From a virus (lineage: Duplodnaviria > Caudoviricetes), in IMG/VR virus record IMGVR_UViG_3300037461_001255, positions 1-26,262 of that record: a DNA stretch of 26,262 bases. One strand, written 5' to 3'. Below the pieces are notes generated by a model. It saw nothing but the letters and a program-made list of their open reading frames with translations. It did no database searches and was not told the origin of the DNA. A program made the translations under genes and the position numbers. This document shows, piece by piece, positions 8,280-17,279 of the stretch; the first letter of the stretch is position 1; each line of letters starts with the position of its first letter.

Positions 8280-9745
8280 TGTCAAAAAAGCCATCCAGCG
8301 CATCACGCTCCCGTAAGGGCGACATACATGTCGCCCATACTGTCGCCCAGAAGTTCTTCCTGCCCTATCAGGCGGCGTGGATCAAAGACCCCTCCCGCCT
8401 CAAGATCATGCAGAAGAGCCGTCAGATCGGGCTGAGCTGGGCCACGGCCTACGGTCTGGTGCGCGATACCGCCGCGCAGGATGCCCGCAACGATGTCTGG
8501 GTTTCTTCCCGCGACGACATTCAGGCAAGGCTGTTTCTGGAAGACTGCAAGTCCTTTGCAGGCATCCTTCAGATGGCCGCTGCCGACCTCGGTGAGCAGG
8601 TCATCGACCCCGACCGCAAGATATCGGCCTACGTACTCCAGTTCGCCAACGGCAAGCGCATCAACTCCATGTCCAGTAACCCGGACGCGCAGGCCGGTAA
8701 GCGCGGCACCCGCGTTCTCGATGAGTTCGCGCTGCACCCCGATCCGCGCAAGCTCTACGCCATCGCGTATCCCGGTATCACGTGGGGCGGCTCGATGCAG
8801 CTCATCAGCACCCATCGCGGCAGCAACAACCTGTTCAACGATCTCGTGCAGGAAATCATCCACAAGGGCAATCCGAAAGGGTTTTCTCTGCACACCGTCA
8901 CGCTTCAGGATGCGCTCGATCAGGGCTTCCTCGAAAAGCTCAAAGCCAAGCTCCCGCCCGACGACGAACGCCAGGGCATGGATGCCGCCGCTTATTTCGA
9001 CTTCATCCGCGCCGGGTGCCCAGACGAAGAGACCTTCCAGCAGGAATACATGTGTAACCCGTCCGACGACGCGGCAGCCTTCCTCTCTTATGACCTCATT
9101 CGCGGCTGCGAATATGCCCCTGATGAAATGTGGGAAACCCCACTCGAAAGGGCGAAAGATTTTTCGCCCCTACATTCGCTTTACCTCGGCGTTGACGTTG
9201 GCCGCGACCACGACCTGACCGTTCTCTGGCTGCTTGAAAAATTCGGCGGTGTGATGTTCACCCGGCGGAAGATCGAAATGCGGGCCTTGCCGTTCGACGA
9301 ACAGGAACGCCAGCTCTACGCCCTGCTCGAACTTCCCAACCTGCGCCGCTGCTGTATTGATTCGACGGGGATTGGCCGCCAGTTCGCGGAACGCGCCCAG
9401 CAACGCTTTGGAACCTACAAGGTCGAACAGGTGCAGTTTACCGGCCCAGTCAAAGAAGAGCTGGCCTATCCGCTCAAAGCCGCGCTGGAAGACAAATCCG
9501 TCCGCATCCCGAACGACGAGTTTGTCCGCGCCGATCTGCGGGCTGTTAAGAAGGTCACCACGGCCTCGGGCAATATCCGCTTTGCGGCGGATCGTGGCAA
9601 GAATGGCCACAGCGACCGCTTCTGGGCCTTGGCCTTGGCTCTACACGCCGGGAAAGATATTGGCGGCGGCGGAATGCCGCTGCGCCTCGCTGCGCCGCCG
9701 GTGCGCACTCAATTCAATCGAAACGACAGGAGTATTTTAGCATGA
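8279..9745 (+). CDS. terL: Terminase large subunit (Mu gp28-like)
   Basis: FLPYQ, Walker A KSRQIGLSW, Walker B VLDEFA, ISTH, nuclease motifs GVDVG / IDSTG / HSDRFWA. Confidence 0.95.
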   Translation: MSKKPSSASRSRKGDIHVAHTVAQKFFLPYQAAWIKDPSRLKIMQKSRQIGLSWATAYGLVRDTAAQDARNDVWVSSRDDIQARLFLEDCKSFAGILQMAAADLGEQVIDPDRKISAYVLQFANGKRINSMSSNPDAQAGKRGTRVLDEFALHPDPRKLYAIAYPGITWGGSMQLISTHRGSNNLFNDLVQEIIHKGNPKGFSLHTVTLQDALDQGFLEKLKAKLPPDDERQGMDAAAYFDFIRAGCPDEETFQQEYMCNPSDDAAAFLSYDLIRGCEYAPDEMWETPLERAKDFSPLHSLYLGVDVGRDHDLTVLWLLEKFGGVMFTRRKIEMRALPFDEQERQLYALLELPNLRRCCIDSTGIGRQFAERAQQRFGTYKVEQVQFTGPVKEELAYPLKAALEDKSVRIPNDEFVRADLRAVKKVTTASGNIRFAADRGKNGHSDRFWALALALHAGKDIGGGGMPLRLAAPPVRTQFNRNDRSILA

Positions 9746-11340
9746 GCACCACCCTTAAAAAACAGATCGACCAACTCAACAAGGTCCGCGAACAATATAA
9801 CCCGCTGCGCTCGCTCACCATGTCCGCCGCCGTCTCACGGCTCGAACAGGCCGAGCGCGGCATCTTTTGTGATCTCCAGTGGACTTACCGAACATTGGAA
9901 AAACGCTACGCCGTGCTGCGCGGCCTCAAACGCCTGCGCATCGGGGCGCTGCTCGACATGGATTGGGACATCCGCACCTTTCCGGAAGATCAGCTCCCCA
10001 AAGGCTGCACCCAAGCCGATGCCGATGCTCAGGCCGACCGCCTGCGCGCCGTTTACGAAAACATTGGCAACCTGCGCGAAGCCATCAAAGCCCTTGGCAT
10101 GGCTGAATTTCGCGGTTTCACCTTCCTCGAAAAAACCGGCGAGAACGGCCAGCCCGTGAAGAACCCGGCAGACATTCGCAGTCTCCAGCCCATCGAACAA
10201 TGGTTCTGGTCGAAGGACCGCACCAACACCTGGCGCTTTGATCCCAACTTCTCGCGCTCCGAAACCACCGGCACCGAGGCCGATCTGTCCACGCTGATTT
10301 TTCGCGAAGTCGAAGACCCGATCAACGAAATCGGCATCATCTGCTTCATTTACGAAGCTCTGGCGAAAAAAGACTACGCCGGATTTATTGAGGTCTTCGG
10401 CATTCCGTCCACATTTTTCATTGCCCCGCCTGGTGTCTCCACAGCCGACATGGCGACGTGGCAGGCCATGGCCGACGCCATGATGGGCGACCAGCGCGGC
10501 GCACTGCCCGCCGGGTCAGACGTGAAAACGGTCGGCGGCGACGTGCGCGGGGTCAGCCCATTCGAGAATTTTATCAAGCTCACCCGCGAAGATTTGGTTC
10601 TCGCCGGGACCAGTGGCAAACTCACCATGCTCACCGAGTCCGGATCAGGCACGCTGGCCGGTGGAGCCCACATGGACGTGTTCGAAAAGCTGGCTGCTGG
10701 CGATGCCCGCGAAATCTCCGAACTGCTCCAGAACGCCATCGACCTTCCGCTGCTCAAAGCCGAATTTCCGAACAAACCCCCGCTGGCATGGTTCGAAATC
10801 GCCGCCGAAGAAAAAGAAGACACCACCGCCTTTGTCGATAACGTCGCCAAACTCGCCCAGGCCGGATACATCACCGAGCCCGATCAGGTGCAGGAAAAGA
10901 CCGGCTTGCGCGTCGAATACGCCGCGCCGCCAGTGGCAAGTGGCCAGTGGCAAGGGGCGGAGAGTCCGCTGTCAAACCGCGCCGGTGGTAAGGGCGAAAA
11001 ATCTTTCGCCCATACACCGTGGTACAAGCGTCTGCTCAACCGCGAGCCACCTGCCACCAGCCACCAGCCACCTGCCACCGATGCGCTGCTAAAGTCCGCG
11101 CGTCAGGCTCTCTCCCGCGCTCTCGCCCAGGATATGAAGCCCGTCGCGGACCGCATCGCCGCGATCCTCGACACCACGCCGGACGCAGAACTCTTCCAAG
11201 CCCTGGAAAAATTCCGCGCGGACGAGCTGCCTGCCCTGGCGAAAAAAGCCCTCGCCGGAACCGCCGGTGCCGAGGCCCTCGAACAAAGCATGGTCGCGTC
11301 GCTGTTCAACGGAATAGAAAGTCAAAAGTCAAATGTCTGA
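9742..11340 (+). CDS. Portal protein (Mu gp29/DUF935-like)
   Basis: Follows TerL; FIEVFGIP and SGTLAGGAHMDVF motifs; repeat-rich linker 10931-11079. Confidence 0.9.
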   Translation: MSTTLKKQIDQLNKVREQYNPLRSLTMSAAVSRLEQAERGIFCDLQWTYRTLEKRYAVLRGLKRLRIGALLDMDWDIRTFPEDQLPKGCTQADADAQADRLRAVYENIGNLREAIKALGMAEFRGFTFLEKTGENGQPVKNPADIRSLQPIEQWFWSKDRTNTWRFDPNFSRSETTGTEADLSTLIFREVEDPINEIGIICFIYEALAKKDYAGFIEVFGIPSTFFIAPPGVSTADMATWQAMADAMMGDQRGALPAGSDVKTVGGDVRGVSPFENFIKLTREDLVLAGTSGKLTMLTESGSGTLAGGAHMDVFEKLAAGDAREISELLQNAIDLPLLKAEFPNKPPLAWFEIAAEEKEDTTAFVDNVAKLAQAGYITEPDQVQEKTGLRVEYAAPPVASGQWQGAESPLSNRAGGKGEKSFAHTPWYKRLLNREPPATSHQPPATDALLKSARQALSRALAQDMKPVADRIAAILDTTPDAELFQALEKFRADELPALAKKALAGTAGAEALEQSMVASLFNGIESQKSNV

Positions 11341-11635
11341 AGGTCTGAAAGTTTGTAAGGCGCGACCCTCGTGGTCGCCCTTTTTGGAAAACCGCCAAAA
11401 ACGGCCCTGTGGCCGCGAGGGGTGCCTTTCCGCCCCGTTACACGTCTCGACCCCCGTTCGGCGTTTTGCAATGGAAGAAAATCGTTTTGCAAGACCATTG
11501 CGCGGGACGGCTGGCGGCACGGGCGAAAAATCTTTCGCCCCTACCCGAAACTCGAAACTTCTCAACTCGAAACCCCCCAACTCACCCAACCGCGTCCGGC
11601 CACGTCCGCCAAAACCTGAAATGATGTGCTCATGA
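11333..11635 (+). CDS. Possible repeat-laden bridging ORF between portal and protease
   Basis: Start overlaps the portal stop and stop overlaps the protease ATG; content is largely repeats and promoter DNA. Confidence 0.25.
   Translation: MSEGLKVCKARPSWSPFLENRQKRPCGREGCLSAPLHVSTPVRRFAMEENRFARPLRGTAGGTGEKSFAPTRNSKLLNSKPPNSPNRVRPRPPKPEMMCS
11574..11634 (+). promoter_or_regulatory. Putative activator-dependent late promoter 2 (Mu PI-like position)
   Basis: Second exact copy of the 28-bp box, TG-a-AATGAT, then GTGCTCATG start of the protease with no SD. Confidence 0.6.
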
Positions 11636-12642
11636 AAATCAAGAACCTGCAAATTCTGAACCGCGCCGGAACCCTGCCCGAAGATGGCTGGTACCAGATC
11701 GTACCCATCGGCGAGTTCCCTGTCGCCGCCACCGGCCCGGACGGTAAACCAGCCAAGCTCATGCAGGTGATTGACGAAAAAGCCGTTTCTTCCATGGCCG
11801 CAGCCTTTGCCAACGACGGCGAACTGCTGGTTGACTACGATCACGCCTCGCTCGATCAGGACAAAACCTCCGAAGCCGCTGGCTGGATCAAAGCCGTTGA
11901 AGCCCGCGCCGACGGTCTCTTCGCGCAAATCCAGTGGACGGACAACGGCAATGCAGCCGTCTTGAATCGCCGTTTCAAATACGTTTCCCCGGTCTGGAAC
12001 CGTACCAACTGCGAATCCGTCGGCGCAGGCCGCGTCAGGCCGCTGCGCATGGATTCACTCGCTCTCACCAATGTACCGAACCTAAAAGGAATGCGGCCCC
12101 TGTCAAATCGCGCAACAGGGAACGATCCGCTCAACAACCGCGCCGAGGAAAAAAACATGAACGAACTCAAAGTTCTGCTGGGCCTTGCCGAGACCGCGAC
12201 TGACGCTGAAGTCGTGGCCGCCATCAAAGCCCTGCAAGCCAACGCGGCAGAAGCACCTGCTTTGAAAAACCGCGCAGAAACAGCGGAAGGCAAACTGCAA
12301 GCCGCTAAAACCAAGCAGCTCGAATCGGACGCCGATGCGTTCTGCTCGAAGTATGCTAAGCACATCACCAACACCGCTCAGGTTAAGGACCAGTTCATCA
12401 AGAACCGTGCCGGAACTGAATCGCTGTTCGCGGGCCTCAAGCTCGATGTCACCGCCGCCGCCACCGACGCGCTCAAAAACCGCGCCACCGGCAACCCCGG
12501 CGAACCCGTTCTCAAAAACCGCCAGCAACAGCAGGCCGATGCCGTGTTCAAGGTGAAAAACAGCAACCCGGGAATGAAAAACGCCGATGCCTTCGAACAG
12601 GCCCGCCGTGAAAATCCCGATTTGTTCAAAGAAGCAGAATAA
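11632..12642 (+). CDS. Prohead protease/scaffold (Mu gpI-like)
   Basis: QIVPIGEF, VDYDH, AAGWI, IQWT, FKYVSPV, LALTNVP motifs; helical scaffold-like C-terminus. Confidence 0.92.
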   Translation: MKIKNLQILNRAGTLPEDGWYQIVPIGEFPVAATGPDGKPAKLMQVIDEKAVSSMAAAFANDGELLVDYDHASLDQDKTSEAAGWIKAVEARADGLFAQIQWTDNGNAAVLNRRFKYVSPVWNRTNCESVGAGRVRPLRMDSLALTNVPNLKGMRPLSNRATGNDPLNNRAEEKNMNELKVLLGLAETATDAEVVAAIKALQANAAEAPALKNRAETAEGKLQAAKTKQLESDADAFCSKYAKHITNTAQVKDQFIKNRAGTESLFAGLKLDVTAAATDALKNRATGNPGEPVLKNRQQQQADAVFKVKNSNPGMKNADAFEQARRENPDLFKEAE

Positions 12643-12653
12643 GGAAACAAACC

Positions 12654-13031
12654 ATGGAAACCAGAAAAGCAGCCATCATCTCCCTCGTGCCCTCCGTCGA
12701 TCATACGGACTATGAAGGATACTTCGTAGTCATCACGTCGGGCAAGGCCGTCATCACCACATCGGCCACAGTCGTACCTGCCGGGGTCATCATCGACCCA
12801 GCAACCACCTCCGGCGAAGACAGTATCGCCCTGATGAATCACGGCGGAACCGTCCGCGTCAAAGTCACCGGCGCAGTCACCGCAGGCAATCTGCTGCAAA
12901 TCCGCACCGACGGCACCGTCGAAGCCGATGACGCATCCGGCGCACGCACCCTGGTCGCCCGCGCCCTCGAAGACGGCGTAACCGGCGAACTTGTTGACGC
13001 AGCCCTGCTGCTCGTCGTTTACACCGCGTAA
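12654..13031 (+). CDS. Head decoration/cement protein (DUF2190-like)
   Basis: 125 aa, beta-rich, GAVTAGNLL...VARALEDG pattern, between protease and capsid. Confidence 0.75.
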   Translation: METRKAAIISLVPSVDHTDYEGYFVVITSGKAVITTSATVVPAGVIIDPATTSGEDSIALMNHGGTVRVKVTGAVTAGNLLQIRTDGTVEADDASGARTLVARALEDGVTGELVDAALLLVVYTA

Positions 13032-13110
13032 GGACGGTAAGGGCGGTAAGGGCGAAAGATTTTTTCGCCCATACGCACAGTCAAAAAAAACCACTCAAAA
13101 GGAGAAATAT

Positions 13111-14028
13111 ATGGGACAACAAACTCAAAGTGCAATCAACGTAACCCTGACCACCTATGCAAAAGGCGTGGCTCAGGATTTGGTTAGCGCGGTCGCTAAC
13201 TTCATCGCCCCGGTCGTACGGGTCGGCTCACCCGTCGGACAGTTCAAAAAGTTCGACGACAAAAACGCCTTCCAGATCTACGGAACCGCTCGCGGTTACG
13301 GCGGATCGGCCAACCGCATCAGCTTTGCGGCGACCGATGGAACGCTCAACTGCCTGCCGCAGGCGTTGGAAATCGCCCTCGACGACGCAGAACGGGCTGG
13401 CGGGACTGACTCGCTCCAGATGGAGCAGGCCAAGGTCCGCACGCTGATCAGCGCGACCACCATCGCGCATGAAAAGAAAGTGCTCGACCTCATGAAGTCC
13501 GGCAAGGCTGCCACCGGCGGCATCGGCAACTGGACGGCAGCGGATGCCGACCCGATTGCGGAAATCGACGCGATGATCGAAACCATCGCCAACGCCACGG
13601 GCCAGATGCCTAACCGCATCCTGTTCGGTCTCGCCGCGATGCGCATCATTCGCAACAACCCGAAGGTCATGGCCCGCTTCCCCGGCGCGGCCAGCGTCGG
13701 CGTGTCGATGGATCAGCTCACCGGGCTGTTCCTGAACCCGCAGATGCAGGGCAAAGTCGCGGTGTTGTCGAGAGACACCACCAAGATGGGTGCCACCGCC
13801 AGCAAGACGAACATTGTCGGCAGCGAAGTGTTCGTGTTCCTCGGCTCTGACAGCCCCGACATCTACGATCCTTCCTTTGCCAAGACCTTTACGGTCGGCG
13901 AAGGCGGCGTGGACAAGGTGCGCCAGTACCGCGACGAAAGCGCGCGTTCCGACGTGTTTGCCATCGACTGGTCAGAAGACATTCAGGTGGTGTCCAGTAT
14001 TTCCGCAGTCCGCGCAACCATCAGCTAA
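13111..14028 (+). CDS. Major capsid protein
   Basis: AAGGAG SD, ATG 13111; LTTYAKG...FIAPVVRV, ADPIAEID, GQMPNRILFG motifs; 305 aa. Confidence 0.88.
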   Translation: MGQQTQSAINVTLTTYAKGVAQDLVSAVANFIAPVVRVGSPVGQFKKFDDKNAFQIYGTARGYGGSANRISFAATDGTLNCLPQALEIALDDAERAGGTDSLQMEQAKVRTLISATTIAHEKKVLDLMKSGKAATGGIGNWTAADADPIAEIDAMIETIANATGQMPNRILFGLAAMRIIRNNPKVMARFPGAASVGVSMDQLTGLFLNPQMQGKVAVLSRDTTKMGATASKTNIVGSEVFVFLGSDSPDIYDPSFAKTFTVGEGGVDKVRQYRDESARSDVFAIDWSEDIQVVSSISAVRATIS

Positions 14029-14079
14029 CCAACCGTAAGGGCAGGCTTCATGCCTGCCCAAAACAGAAAGGAAAAAATC

Positions 14080-14466
14080 ATGAAAAAAACCAGAATCATC
14101 CTCGCCGCATTGTTTGTCATTTGCGCAGCCCTGACCGGGCTGGCAGGCGATCCCTTCACCACGTCGGTCACGCTTGGCACCACGACAGGCACGGGCAGCT
14201 ACACCAACACGCGGGACTATAAGGCCATAAAATTATTGTCCATCGAAGTGTTCAACTCGGCTGCTGCCGCGAACACCGTCACGGTCACGCGGGTGCGTTC
14301 AGATCGCACCAATACGGTGGCAACGATCACGTTCACTAATGGCTCGACGGGTTCCTGGCGGAACACCAACGCCTGGCCGCTGTGGTACTTCAAGGGAGAC
14401 GTGTTCAGCATCGCGTCCACCACGACAACCAATGCGACGGTAGAAATCACCGGCGAAACGAACTAA
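14080..14466 (+). CDS. Signal-peptide-bearing Thr/Asn-rich beta protein, directly after capsid
   Basis: AAGGA SD; MKKTRIILAALFVICAALTGLA signal; six TN motifs. Confidence 0.75.
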   Translation: MKKTRIILAALFVICAALTGLAGDPFTTSVTLGTTTGTGSYTNTRDYKAIKLLSIEVFNSAAAANTVTVTRVRSDRTNTVATITFTNGSTGSWRNTNAWPLWYFKGDVFSIASTTTTNATVEITGETN

Positions 14467-14576
14467 CGACCATTGCCGATTGGGGATTGCCGATTGCCGA
14501 TTTAGGCGCGGCTCCCCAATCGGGCTCCCAGTAAGGGCGAAAGATTTTTTACCCCTACATCAATCGGAAATAAAAC

Positions 14577-15032
14577 ATGTCTTGGCGCGCCATAACCGAA
14601 TCCGACCTCCTGACGCAGATCTCCGGCACCGAGCTGGAAGCTTTGCGCGGCGTGGTATTGGCTGATGGCCAGATTGACCCGGTCCAACCCTGCATCGATG
14701 CGATCACCTCCAAGGTGCGCGGCTTTGTGGCTGGCAACATCAATAACGATCTGGATGCCGATGCCGCCAAAATCCCCGACCGCCTCATTGATTCTGCCGT
14801 TTCTCTGATCATCATCCAGATCATGACCCGCGCCGGTGGCACCATGATCGACCCCAACGGAGCCCGCAAAGCCGCCGCCGATGAAGCCAGCCGCCTGCTT
14901 CGCGACGTGGCTGCCGGAAAATTCTCCATCACCGATCCAACCTCTGGAACCGAAAACTCATCCGTGCCGCTGCCGAGTTATTCCACCGCCAAAACCCGCC
15001 GCTTCACCTCCGACACGCAGGAGGGGATATGA
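14577..15032 (+). CDS. Head-tail adaptor (Mu gp36/DUF1320-like)
   Basis: ITESDLL...ITSKVRGFV...ASRLLRDVAAGKFSI pattern. Confidence 0.8.
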   Translation: MSWRAITESDLLTQISGTELEALRGVVLADGQIDPVQPCIDAITSKVRGFVAGNINNDLDADAAKIPDRLIDSAVSLIIIQIMTRAGGTMIDPNGARKAAADEASRLLRDVAAGKFSITDPTSGTENSSVPLPSYSTAKTRRFTSDTQEGI

Positions 15033-15385
15033 GCAAGGGCGAAACATCTTTCGCCCCTTCTGCCGCCCTCGCTGCTGCCGTTGCGGAACTGCGCCGCGTT
15101 TACAATCTTGCAAGAGTCTTTCCGGGCGTTGGAAACCAGCTTAACATCGAGTTGCAACCGCCAGAAATGCACGAGACATCCGGCCAGCACGCCTATGAGG
15201 CCATCCTCGCCCGGCACGGCCTCATGGCGCACGGCTTTGTCCAGGCCCCACCTTATAAGAGCCGCTTTCTGCGCAACATCATCCCGATCCGTACGGGCGA
15301 CATGAATGTCGCCCCTCTCGACACCGCCATCGCCACGCCCGTTGCCACCAGCCACTTGCCACTTGCCACTGGAGGTTTGGAATGA
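15029..15385 (+). CDS. Hypothetical protein bracketed by repeats
   Basis: ATGA overlaps on both sides; REP palindromes at 15033 and 15291; GCCACTT run at the end. Confidence 0.55.
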   Translation: MSKGETSFAPSAALAAAVAELRRVYNLARVFPGVGNQLNIELQPPEMHETSGQHAYEAILARHGLMAHGFVQAPPYKSRFLRNIIPIRTGDMNVAPLDTAIATPVATSHLPLATGGLE

Positions 15386-15801
15386 CCCTGCGCGAAATCC
15401 AAGCCCGCATCGTGGCCATCCTCCAGGGCACCGCCGCCCTGGCCGATCTGACCATCCTCGCCGAAGACCGCAAGGATCTGATCACCGCCATCAGTTCTTC
15501 GCTGGCCAAGCTGGGGCTCTGCGCCATCGTCCAAACCATTTCCGCCAAAGTCACCAAGCCCAACCTGCCGGGGCCGGTCTATGGCGAACTCCGTTTTTCC
15601 GTGGTCGTTTATGAAAATGTCATGATCAACCGCAGCAAGTTTGACCGCACGGCGCAGGATGTGGCCGAACTGATTTCAGAAGCCCTGCACCAGCAGAGAA
15701 TTGGCGAAGACGGAACCGGCAAGCAACTGCTTAGCGAAGGGGTTCTGCCGCAGGATGGCAGCGAATACAACGTCTTCGCTGTCGATTTAACGCTTAACTA
15801 A
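15382..15801 (+). CDS. Tail completion/terminator-like protein (Mu gp37-like position)
   Basis: 139 aa alpha/beta, immediately before the tail tube; GGAGG SD. Confidence 0.6.
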   Translation: MTLREIQARIVAILQGTAALADLTILAEDRKDLITAISSSLAKLGLCAIVQTISAKVTKPNLPGPVYGELRFSVVVYENVMINRSKFDRTAQDVAELISEALHQQRIGEDGTGKQLLSEGVLPQDGSEYNVFAVDLTLN

Positions 15802-15812
15802 AGGAGAAAACC

Positions 15813-16763
15813 ATGCTCACACGCACTGCAATTATTGGCGGCCCGGCCATCATCAAAAAGGGCAGTTATTACCTCTATACCGAAGAGGATATCACCGTAA
15901 AAACGGAACTGACCGTTACGGAAAATAAAACCTCTATGTTTGGCAAGACCAGCGAACACCAGGACACGGTGCAGCACATCATCACGGCCAAGCCCGCCGC
16001 GATGGTCACCGCCAACGTTCTCACCATGCTCTACGGGCCGTTTACAAACATCGCCATCGGCACGCGCATGTATGGCACCAGCCCGGATGATATTGTCATC
16101 TGGACCAAAGCCGGCCAGCAGCATACCTATAAAGTCGGCGCGATCACCGGCCTGCCGAGTCTCGTCTTTGCCGCTGGAAAACCGCTGTTCGACGGCGATA
16201 TCACCTTCACCGCCATCGGAGACTGCGCCGAGGCCATCAGCACCGCCGGACACTTCAACGCGGTCGCCTCGGTCGCCTTCACTGATGTTTCCTACGACGA
16301 CAGCAAAGAATTCCAGCTCGTTTACCCTGCCGCCTGGGGCGCGGCGCCGTTCGACACCATCGAAACGGTTGACGGCTTCAAGATCAGCTTCGAGCTGGGC
16401 CTCGAAGACAACCGCGAAGACATTCACGGCATCTTCGACAAAACCGTCACGGCCTTCGGCGCGAAAGCCACCTTCCAGCCCATCGGCATTACCGAGGCGC
16501 AGGTACAGACGGCCATGGGCATTCAGGGCACGGGCGCAGGGCGCGGCATCCGCCGCGAAACCTTCGCTCGCGACCTGGTCATCTCCACCGCCGTCGCTGG
16601 TGATCCGGAGTTTACGTTGTACAACTGCTCCATCGCCGGTTTTTCGCAGGCGCACGGCGTAACGGCCAACAACATCGGCGAGATCGAACTCGTCGCACAG
16701 CGCAAGATCACCACCGGCGCTCAGGTTGCCATGTTCGCCATCGGCCTGCACCCGGCAGACTAG
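15813..16763 (+). CDS. Major tail tube protein (sipho-type)
   Basis: AAGGAG SD; 316 aa, G/T/A-rich beta protein (IIGGPAII...YTEEDITV); no sheath gene nearby. Confidence 0.7.
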   Translation: MLTRTAIIGGPAIIKKGSYYLYTEEDITVKTELTVTENKTSMFGKTSEHQDTVQHIITAKPAAMVTANVLTMLYGPFTNIAIGTRMYGTSPDDIVIWTKAGQQHTYKVGAITGLPSLVFAAGKPLFDGDITFTAIGDCAEAISTAGHFNAVASVAFTDVSYDDSKEFQLVYPAAWGAAPFDTIETVDGFKISFELGLEDNREDIHGIFDKTVTAFGAKATFQPIGITEAQVQTAMGIQGTGAGRGIRRETFARDLVISTAVAGDPEFTLYNCSIAGFSQAHGVTANNIGEIELVAQRKITTGAQVAMFAIGLHPAD

Positions 16764-16802
16764 TAGGGGCGACATGCATGTCGCCCATACAGGAAAACGG
16801 CA

Positions 16803-17279
16803 ATGCGAATAACCATCACAGCGTCAGGCGGAATCCCGGTCACTCTCTGCGATCACGGCAGAGAGGGGCCGAGCGGTCTGACGCTCGTGCCGATCCGCAA
16901 GATCGACGTGCTGGAGTTTGTGCAGGGCGACTACGCCAAGCCCAAGAATCGCGGCAGCACCCTGCACCAGCTCACCTTTAGCGTCTCCAAAGAGCACGCC
17001 ACCCACACCGCCGCGCAGCTTTACATGCTGATGATGCACACCACCATACCGGCCACCGGCGAGCTGGCGATTGATCTCGAAGACCAGACCACGCATCTGG
17101 TCGCACGCGAAGCGACCGTTGAAATGGCCCCGCTGCCGCTGCTTGGCGTTTTAACCACCATCGCCTTTACTATTAAATTCGGCGAGATCGACGGCCCGAT
17201 CCAAGTGCTAACCCAAGGTGGCGACCAAATTCTCACATCCGACGGAAATCCAATCTTTGTAAATCAGGAGTCATTATGA
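16803..17279 (+). CDS. Tail-associated hypothetical protein
   Basis: Beta-rich; C-terminal VLTQGGDQILTSDGNPI repeat motif. Confidence 0.65.
   Translation: MRITITASGGIPVTLCDHGREGPSGLTLVPIRKIDVLEFVQGDYAKPKNRGSTLHQLTFSVSKEHATHTAAQLYMLMMHTTIPATGELAIDLEDQTTHLVAREATVEMAPLPLLGVLTTIAFTIKFGEIDGPIQVLTQGGDQILTSDGNPIFVNQESL

Noticed and set aside
12991-13110. 40-codon N-terminal extension of the capsid ORF in the track
   Set aside because: Starts at TTG inside the cement gene and runs through REP repeats; a strong AAGGAG SD supports ATG 13111
16763-17279. Programmed -1 frameshift tail chaperone pair
   Set aside because: No convincing slippery heptamer with an overlapping second frame after the tail tube gene
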